A stretch of 32,000 nt of DNA from Micromonas pusilla (taxonomy: Eukaryota). The stretch is from the NCBI GenBank assembly GCA_000151265.1, contig GG663738.1:1244056-1276055 (forward strand), written 5' to 3'. Each line of letters opens with the position of its first letter. Position 1 is the first letter of the stretch. This document shows, piece after piece, positions 25,334-32,000 of this stretch. The notes beneath the pieces were generated by a model. That model ran no database searches and had not been told where the DNA came from. It saw nothing but the letters and a program-made list of their open reading frames with translations. The position numbers and the translations under genes were made by a program.

Positions 25334-28300
25334 ATGCAGAGCCTGCTGTCGCCCAGCATGATGCTGCGCTCGGGCGTCGCGCTCTGTCGCAGCGCCGGGT
25401 GCGTCTCTCTCCGTCCTCGAATCCTCCACCGAACGCGACGCCCTCGCGCGCGCGACCCTCCGCGAAATTTATCCACCCTCCACGCGTCCTGACGACGACG
25501 ACGTCATCCGTCCTCCTCCGCAGGCTGCGTCGCACCGGGGTGCTCGCGAACCGCAAAGACGGCGTCCTCAACGCGCGCGTCGTCCGTCCCGTCACCGTCA
25601 CCGCCGCGGCCGCGGCCGCGTCAACGACAACCTCGGTCGCGAGCGGGGAGTCGTCCATGAGGGACGCGGACGGGAAGGACATCTCCGGCGCGGGGATCCG
25701 TCGTCGATTCTTGGAGTTTTACGAGGCGCGCGACCACGCGCGGCTGCCGTCGTCCTCGCTCGTCCCGGAAGACCCCACGGTTCTGCTCACGATCGCGGGG
25801 ATGCTCCAGTTTAAGCCCGTGTTCATGGGCCAAGAGGAGAGGAAAGTGCCGACCGCGACGACGACGCAGAAGTGCGTGAGAACGAACGACATCGAAAACG
25901 TCGGCGTCACCGCGAGGCATCACACGTTCTTCGAGATGCTCGGGAACTTTTCGTTCGGGGATTACTTCAAGAAAGAAGCCATCGCGTGGGCGTGGGAGAT
26001 CTCCACGAAGGAGTACGGCCTGGACGCGTCCCGGATCTGGATCAGCGTGTTCAGAGAGGACGACGAGGCGTACGCGATCTGGCGCGACGAGATCGGCATC
26101 CCGGAGAATCGAATCAAACGCATGGACGAGGCGGATAATTTCTGGGCCGCGGGGCCGACCGGTCCGTGCGGGCCGTGCTCGGAGCTGTACTGGGACTTCC
26201 ACCCGGAGCGCGGCGTCGACGGGAGCGAAGATTTAGACGACGACTCGCGGTTCATCGAGTTTTACAACTTGGTCTTCATGGAGTCCGTGCGCGACACGGA
26301 TGGGAACATGAAACCGCTCAAACGCAAGAACATCGACACCGGGATGGGGCTCGAGCGCATGGCGCAGATCCTTCAGGGAAAGCCGAACAACTACGAGACG
26401 GACCTCATCCGCCCGATCATCGACGCCGCGGCGTCCATGGCTGGGATCTCGTACGACGACGCGGACGACGCGACGAAGCTCAAGCTGAAAGTCATCGGCG
26501 ATCACACGCGCGCGGTGTGCTATCTCATCTCCGACGGCGTCCTTCCCTCGAACGTCGGCCGCGGATACATCGTCCGTCGGCTTTTACGACGCGTCGTTCG
26601 ATGCGGGCGTTTGCTCGGGGTGAAAGCTCCGGACGGCGCGGGCGCGTTCACGCCCGCGATCGCGCGCGTCGCGATCGGTCTCAGCGAAGCGTGCGACGCG
26701 AACGTCTTGAAATCGTCGCAAAAAATTTGCGACGAGCTCGAACGCGAGGAACTGCGGTTCGCGACGACGCTCGGCAGGGGCGAGGAGATCCTCGCGGACA
26801 TGCTCGCGGCGGCGAAGACGAAGGACGCGAATGCGCCGAAGCTCACGGGCGAGGACGCCTTCACGCTGTACGACACGTACGGCTTCCCGCTGGACATCAC
26901 GACGGACGTCGCGACCGAGGCGGGCGTCGACGTCGACGTCGATGGGTTCGAGAAGGCGATGGCGGCCGCGCGGGACCTGAGCCGCGACGCGCGCGTCGCC
27001 GTGGACGTCACGGTCGGGGATCTCCTCGGCGCGATCGCGGACGAGCTCGGGGAGCCGACGAGGTTCACCGGATACGGAAGCGTCACCGAGGAGGGCGTAA
27101 AGGTGCGCGCGCTGTTGAAGGGCGGCGAGCGCGTCGCGAGCGCGGGCGCGGGGGACACCGTGGAGGTGGTGTTGGACGCCACGCCGTTTTACGCCGAGGG
27201 CGGCGGGCAAGTCGGCGACGAGGGCGAGATCATCCTGAGCGACGACCGCGGGAAGCTCGTCGTCGGGGACTGCCGGAAAGCCGCGGGAGGGAGGCTCTTC
27301 GTGCACTCGTGCGTCGTGAGCGAAGGCGTCGTCGGCGAGGGCGACGCCGTCACCGCGACAGTCTCCGCGGCGTCGCGACGCCGCGCCAAGGCGAATCACA
27401 CGGCGACGCACCTGCTTCAGTCCGCGCTGAAGATGACGATCGGCGAGGACGTCTCCCAAGCCGGGTCGCTCGTGAACTTCGAGCGCCTGCGGTTCGACTT
27501 CAACGCCCCGAGCGCGCCGACGCCGGAGGAGCTCGCGCGCGTCGAATCCCTCGTGAACGGTTGGATCGGCGACGCGATCGACCTCACCGCGGAGGAGATG
27601 GCGATCTCGCGGGCGAAGGAGAAGGGCGCGACGGCGATGTTTGGCGAAAAGTACGGCGACGTCGTCCGCGTCGTCGACGTCCCCGGCGTGTCCATGGAGC
27701 TGTGCGGCGGCACGCACGTGAAGAACACCGCGGAGATTGGCGGGTTTAAAATCCTGTCCGAGTCCGGGATCGCGGCCGGCGTGCGAAGGATCGAGGCCGT
27801 GTCCGGGCCCGGGGTCGTCGATCTGCTTCAGGAGCGCGACGGCACCGTGAAGGCGCTCGCGGGGTCGCTCAGGGTGCCGCCGGAGGAGATCGCCGGGCGC
27901 GTCAGCGCGCTGATGGAAGACTTGAAGACGTCGCAGAAGGAGGCGGAGGCGCTGCGCGGCGAGCTCGCGGTCGCGAAGGCGACCGCGCTCGCGTCTCAGG
28001 CGATCGACGCTCCCGGCGGCGCGAAGGTTCTCGTCGCGCGCATGGACGGCGTCGACCCGGCGGCGTTGAAAGCGGCGGCGGAGAGCCTCGTCGCCGCGCT
28101 CGGGGACGACGTCGCCGTCGTCCTCGGCAGCGGCGGCGACGACGGGAAGGTTGGCCTCGTGGCGTCCTTCACGGAGGGGGTGCAGAAAGCTGGGGGGTTG
28201 AAAGCCGGCGTCGTCCTCGGCGCCACCGCGAAGGCGTGCGGCGGCGGCGGCGGCGGGAAGCCGGGGTTCGCGCAAGCGGGCGGGAGAGACGCGAGCGCGT

Positions 28301-28356
28301 TGGACGCCGCGCTAGAGGACGCCAAGAAGACGATCGTCGACGCGCTTTCGAAATAG
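25334..28356 (+). CDS. AARS: Alanyl-tRNA synthetase, bacterial/organellar type, two exons: 25334..25398 and 25524..28356
   Basis: The core matches bacterial and cyanobacterial AlaRS: TQKCVRTNDIENVGVTARHHTFFEMLGNFSFGDYFK, GPCGPCSELY, DTGMGLERMAQIL, RGYIVRRLLRR, the HxxxH editing region (NHTATHLL), CGGTH, and a C-terminal GGGGGKPGFAQAGG. The track ORF opens at GTG and has no ATG before residue 170. Exon 1 (MQSLLSPSMMLRSGVALCRSAG), in another frame, splices in to give a presequence. The total of 2898 nt is in frame. Confidence 0.9.
25399..25523 (+). other. Intron of AlaRS (125 nt)
   Basis: Donor is GG|GTGCGT. A CTGAC box lies about 30 nt before the acceptor CCTCCGCAG|G. The phase-2 junction restores the frame (GG+G). 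Confidence 0.75.
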
Positions 28357-28494
28357 CTTTAAGAGGAGTCACCTCAACGTAACGCGCGCGTCGTGTCGTG
28401 TGCTTCGTTCGATTCGTTCGTCGTTTCGCGTATGTATTGCATTTCACGCGAATCACGCGCAGCACAGCGCGTCACCACCTCCCTCGCGCCCTAC

Positions 28495-29529
28495 CTACTG
28501 CGGCGCGGTGATGATGACGTCGTGCGCGGACAACAGCTGCGACAGCGCCGCGTGGTACGCCGCCTCGTCGTCGTGCAGCGGGCAATTATGCGCGCACTTG
28601 TACACGTGGCCCGGGTCGAATATCTGACTCTTCGCCGCGTGCGGGCACGCGCACAGCGGCGGGAGCGTCACGCGTTTCCTGGCCAGCTGCGCGCGGACGC
28701 TGTCCTGCAGCGCCGTCGTGTACCGCGCCGCCTTTTTCGCCTTGGCCGACTCGCGCTTCCGCTCGCGTTTCATTCGCTCCGCCTCCGCCTTGGCGTACTC
28801 CCGCGCGCGTCTTCGGTTCGCCTCCGCGTCTACGCTCCCTCGTTTCGCCTCTTCCCTGTGTCTATCCTCCGCGGCGGTGAACGCGTTGTTCTCCTCGGTG
28901 AAGTCGGTGGCCGCGGCGACTTCTTGGAGGCGTCTCTCTTCCCTCGCGCGTTCCGCGTGTTTCATCTTTTCCCTCGCCGCCGCCGCCGCCGCGCGCTCGC
29001 GGCTCGCGTACGCCTCCTTCGCCGCCCTGACGCGGTCAGGCCCGGACGCCGAGCTCACCGCGGCGGACCCCCCCGCGCCGCCGCCTCGTCCGCCGCCGGA
29101 CGCGAGCGGCCGCGTCTGATTCAAGAGCGCCTGATGCGACGACCGCACGCCGGACGCCTTCGACACCATCAAAAGCTCCAGCGCCGACGGCGGCTCCGTC
29201 CGCGGCGCCCGCGTCGCGTTCGCGACGGTGGGGTCGCCTAACACGAGGTCGATGTCCGTCAACTCGCGCGCGAGCTGCTCCGCGGCGCTCGTCCGCGCCG
29301 TCTCCGTCTCGTTCACGCGCCTGCGAAGCGAGTCTTGGAACGATCTCAACCGCTGCTCCTTGAGCTTCTTCATCGCCGTCGCGCGCTCGACCGCGGCGAA
29401 CGCGGACTCCGCGACGTCGTCCGACGTCGTCGCGTAGGGCGCGTTTAAAGTGGACGCGTGCCTCGTCACCCGGTGCGGGACGTTGTGCGACGGCACGTTG
29501 CACTCGACGTTCAGCGTCGCCGCGGCCAT
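28495..29529 (-). CDS. Conserved-looking coiled-coil protein with C-terminal Cys/His-rich motif, function unknown
   Basis: A 344-aa ORF with a true ATG at 29529 and coding-like GC3 usage. Its centre is a charged helix (EKMKHAERAREERRLQEV...AKAEAERMKRERKRESAKAKKAARY). The C-terminus is LPPLCACPHAAKSQIFDPGHVYKCAHNCPLHDDEAAYHAAL. Confidence 0.6.
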   Translation of the reverse strand: MAAATLNVECNVPSHNVPHRVTRHASTLNAPYATTSDDVAESAFAAVERATAMKKLKEQRLRSFQDSLRRRVNETETARTSAAEQLARELTDIDLVLGDPTVANATRAPRTEPPSALELLMVSKASGVRSSHQALLNQTRPLASGGGRGGGAGGSAAVSSASGPDRVRAAKEAYASRERAAAAAAREKMKHAERAREERRLQEVAAATDFTEENNAFTAAEDRHREEAKRGSVDAEANRRRAREYAKAEAERMKRERKRESAKAKKAARYTTALQDSVRAQLARKRVTLPPLCACPHAAKSQIFDPGHVYKCAHNCPLHDDEAAYHAALSQLLSAHDVIITAPQ

Positions 29530-30076
29530 GGTGGACGGACGGACAGGACGGGGGCGAACGCGTCTGATGAGGCTTCCTTCGCCGCCCTCCGCGTCTTCAC
29601 GCCGCGGTCGCTTTCGACTCGAGGACGAGGAGCGCGGCGACGACGATGACGACGAGACGACGACGACGACGACGACGACGACGAAGACGGAGGGTGCTCC
29701 ACCTCTCGCACGCGCCGTGCGCTCGCGCGTCCTCGGATGACGCCCCCTTCCCGCGCCCGAAAAGAGTTCGAACTTCGCGTCGTTTTCCCCTCCAAAATTT
29801 TATGTTTTTTTTCGCACTGGTCTCGCGTGCGTTTCGTGACATGAGAAATTTCTCTTTTTTTGTACTCGTTTTTTCGTATGCGATTCAGTCATTATCGACG
29901 TACAACGTACTACATTCAGCCGACCGTTTTCTTTCCTTTCCCTACGCCGCGCGCCTGCGCGGGGGATGGTTCTTCGAGCCGTAGCGGGGAGCGATCGAGT
30001 TGAGGCCCGCGACGCGCGCGGGTTCGGCGTCATTGCGACGACGCGCGACTCCCCGTGGTAACAACTTCCGAACGCG
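29530..30076. promoter_or_regulatory. Divergent intergenic region (coiled-coil gene / CKS1) with (ACG)9 run and an AT-rich block
   Basis: Head-to-head starts flank the region. An (ACG)9 run lies at 29657..29683, and a locally AT-rich stretch lies at about 29790..29930. This call is positional inference only. Confidence 0.3.
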
Positions 30077-31145
30077 ATGCCTCAGATTCAGTACTCCGAG
30101 AAGTACTACGACGACATCTACGAGTACAGGTGCGCACGCGCGCGCTCGCGGCGTCGTTTCGTGCGACGTCCCGATGCCGGGATTTAAGCGCTCGCGCGCG
30201 CGCGCGCGCGAACGCCGCGAGGTTTTTCCCTCCGGTGCAGCGCGCGAGCGCGACGGTTCCGAGATCGTTCTCGACGCGTCCGCGCGGCGTGTTCCTCGAT
30301 TGCGACGTGACAGACGACTTCGCGCGGAACCGGGGCGATCGCGCGCGTCGGCCTCGCCGTCGCCGACGGTTTCCCCGCGCGCGGGTGCACGCGCGACGCT
30401 CGAATCTCGACCACCGAAATCGCGAACTGACCCCTCTGCGCTTTCGTCCCTCGCTCTCCTCACCCAGGCACGTCGTGCTCCCGCCCGACATCGCCAAGCT
30501 CTTGCCGAAGGGTCGTCTCCTGTCCGAGGTGCGTTCGCTGGCCGATACCCCGATCACGTCGTCCCCGAGCGCGGTTTTCCGTCGTCGCATCTCGCGTCGT
30601 CGGGAAATCTTCGAAGCGGCGTCTTTTTTTGAAGTTCTTCTGGCGCCTTCCTCCGTCGCGTCCGCGCGCTGACGATCGCGATCCCCGTCCTCTGCAGTCC
30701 GAATGGCGCGGCCTCGGCGTGCAGCAGTCGCGCGGTTGGGTGCACTACGCGATCCACCGCCCGGAGCCGCACATCATGCTCTACAGGTGCGAACGACGCT
30801 CGCCGCCGCCCTCCCCCTCGAAGCGTCGTCGTTTGTTTGCTCTTCGCGCGCGCGCGCGCGCGCGATTTCCCTCCGCGTCCCGCGCCCGCGATCGCGCGCG
30901 CGGGGGCGTCCCCGCGAGAACGAACCCGGCGGATCGCTCGATCGGAGGCTTTTTCATCGCGACGCGACGCGGCGTCGAGACCGGCGCGACCCGGCGCGCG
31001 TCCACCGCGCGCGTCCCCCCCCATGGCGCGATTCGCTCACGATCTGACGACCGACCTTTTCGATCCGTCCTCGACTCGCAGGCGACCTCTCAACTACGGC
31101 CAGCCCGCGCTGACGGACGCGGGGAACAAGGCGAACCAGCAGTGA
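30077..31145 (+). CDS. CKS1: Cyclin-dependent kinase regulatory subunit CKS1, four exons: 30077..30129, 30468..30528, 30698..30786, 31082..31145
   Basis: The spliced product is [88 protein letters not shown] (88 aa). It is near-identical in pattern to the CKS/Suc1 family (IYYSxKYxDDxYEYRHVxLP, EWRxxGVQQSxGWxHYxxHxPEPHILLFRRPL). No single ORF in the track covers it. Confidence 0.92.
30130..30467 (+). other. CKS1 intron 1 (338 nt)
   Basis: Donor is AG|GTGCGC, with a CTGAC box about 36 nt before the acceptor CTCACCCAG|G. It contains (CG)9 at 30193..30210 and TTTCCCTCCG at 30225..30234. Confidence 0.85.
30529..30697 (+). other. CKS1 intron 2 (169 nt)
   Basis: Donor is GAG|GTGCGT, with a CTGAC box about 24 nt before the acceptor CCTCTGCAG|TCC. 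Phase 0. Confidence 0.85.
30787..31081 (+). other. CKS1 intron 3 (295 nt)
   Basis: Donor is AG|GTGCGA, with a CTGAC box about 33 nt before the acceptor GACTCGCAG|G. It contains (CG)10 at 30845..30864 and TTTCCCTCCG at 30866..30875. Confidence 0.85.
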
Positions 31146-31693
31146 GCATCTCGCGTCGCGCGCGGGGAGGGCGACGTGGAGCCCTGAGGCGCGCGTTGGG
31201 ATGGGCGTGAGCGACCACGGGTGCTCACGAGGCGTCGACTGACGCGGGCGCGCGCGAAACGAAACGAAACGCGCGGCGGCGGCGGCGGTCGACGCGGGAG
31301 ACGAGACGGGCGGGCGCGTTGTGTGACGACGACGACGACGACGACGACGATATGAGAAATTCGGCGTCAGCGGGATGTTCTTGGCGAAGGGTGAGCGCGA
31401 GGAAGCCTCGCGCGGACCCGCGAGGGTTGGGCGACGAAACCGAAACGTAGCTGGCTGGAGTAGCACCAGACTTTTCTGCACGCTTAGTTGCAATACGACG
31501 AGCGATTCTATTGCATTCGCGAACGCGTCTCGCGCGCGCGCGCGTCGAGACGTACAGTAATGCAATTCAAGGACGGGCGTCGCATTACAAGTATTCCCTC
31601 GTCCCCGACGTCTCTTCGTCCGTTTCTAATATCTTACGTACACGCCGTCGAACTCCTCCGCGTCTGACTGCTTCTCTCCTCTCTCTTCTCTTC

Positions 31694-32000
31694 TCACACC
31701 TGATCCGCCGCCCTGGCCGCATACGGCGACGCTGGCTGCGACGTCGCCTCCCCGCCCGCGTACGGGGACTTGTACGGGGATTCGTACGCCGCCGCCGCGG
31801 GCTGCGCCGGGGCCGCCGCCGCGACCGCCGGGGCCGCGACCACCGCGCCGCCCGCTTGCGCCGGCGCCTGCGCCGGGTAATCCTTCGGCGTGTCCGTGGG
31901 CGGGTAGTTGTTCGAGATCGGGAGGTCGCCGAAGTTCAGATCCCACATCTTCGACCAGATGAGGATCTGGAACGGCCGCATGATGAACAGGATGCACATC
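31694..32000 (-). CDS. C-terminal part of an unidentified protein (hydrophobic segment followed by a Pro/Ala/Tyr-rich tail); the gene continues beyond the window
   Basis: The ORF runs off the right edge. It reads ...CILFIMRPFQILIWSKMWDLNFGDLPISNNYPPTDTPKDYPAQAPAQAGG...YESPYKSPYAGGEATSQPASPYAARAADQV, then TGA at 31694-31696. Codon usage looks coding. I do not recognise the family. Confidence 0.5.
   Translation of the reverse strand, partial: MCILFIMRPFQILIWSKMWDLNFGDLPISNNYPPTDTPKDYPAQAPAQAGGAVVAAPAVAAAAPAQPAAAAYESPYKSPYAGGEATSQPASPYAARAADQV

Noticed and set aside
26166-28275. 527-aa (+) off-frame ORF and 563-aa (-) antisense ORF over AlaRS
   Set aside because: The AlaRS frame is unambiguous. 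These alternatives are Arg/Gly/Asp-rich GC artefacts.
30000-31210. ORFs of 150-210 aa spanning the CKS1 locus in several frames
   Set aside because: They read through CKS1 introns and are Arg/Ser/Pro-rich. The four short exons splice into a near-canonical 88-aa CKS1, which explains the locus better.
1-32000. Possibility that the window encodes a prokaryotic or phage operon, defence island or other multi-gene system
   Set aside because: The genes need spliceosomal introns (GTGCGY...CTGAC...YAG). They encode eukaryote-specific proteins (eIF5, CBP80, CKS1, ARL6, SDF2, CFAP-like) and carry transit or signal peptides. They alternate strands with no operon-like co-orientation or Shine-Dalgarno spacing. 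The neighbours share no functional theme.

Overview
The window is strongly GC-rich, very gene-dense eukaryotic nuclear DNA, not a prokaryotic locus. Codons end mostly in G/C, and the genes carry spliceosomal introns and N-terminal organelle-targeting extensions. By inference it resembles a flagellate green picoalga of the Mamiellophyceae, such as Micromonas. I cannot verify this without a database search. I support about 20 protein-coding genes on both strands, identified from conserved motifs I recognise in the translations. They are: mtEF-G (3' end), a HAD hydrolase, eIF5, dephospho-CoA kinase, a PDZ protein, a TGD4-like protein, a lumenal pentapeptide-repeat protein, an F-box/ankyrin-like repeat protein, a bacterial-type aspartase, CBP80/NCBP1, ARL6/BBS3, a roughly 1800-aa CFAP43/44-like WD40/coiled-coil flagellar protein, an mS26-like coiled-coil protein, a PRA1-family protein, SDF2, organellar AlaRS, a coiled-coil protein with a Cys/His tail, CKS1, and one truncated gene at the right edge. 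There is also one intron-containing elongator tRNA-Met. The supplied ORF track misses or mis-starts six genes because of introns. I reconstructed nine introns by hand. All nine share a GTGCGY (once GTGAGA) donor, a CTGAC branch-like box about 25-50 nt upstream of the acceptor, and a YAG acceptor. I see no CRISPR array, operon, transposase or reverse-transcriptase ORF, LTR/TIR structure or rRNA, so I cannot support a claim of a new multi-gene system. The items most worth a second look are listed here.
- The tRNA-Met gene has a 129-nt structured intron.
- CKS1 is intron-dense, and two of its introns share a (CG)n plus TTTCCCTCCG block, which is introner-like.
- The ARL6 intron is stop-free and in-frame.
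- An 81-bp (27-residue) ankyrin-like array ends at a TGG-to-TAG change and is followed by decayed units.
- A bacterial-type aspartase carries a targeting peptide.
All family assignments rest on recalled motifs, not on searches.
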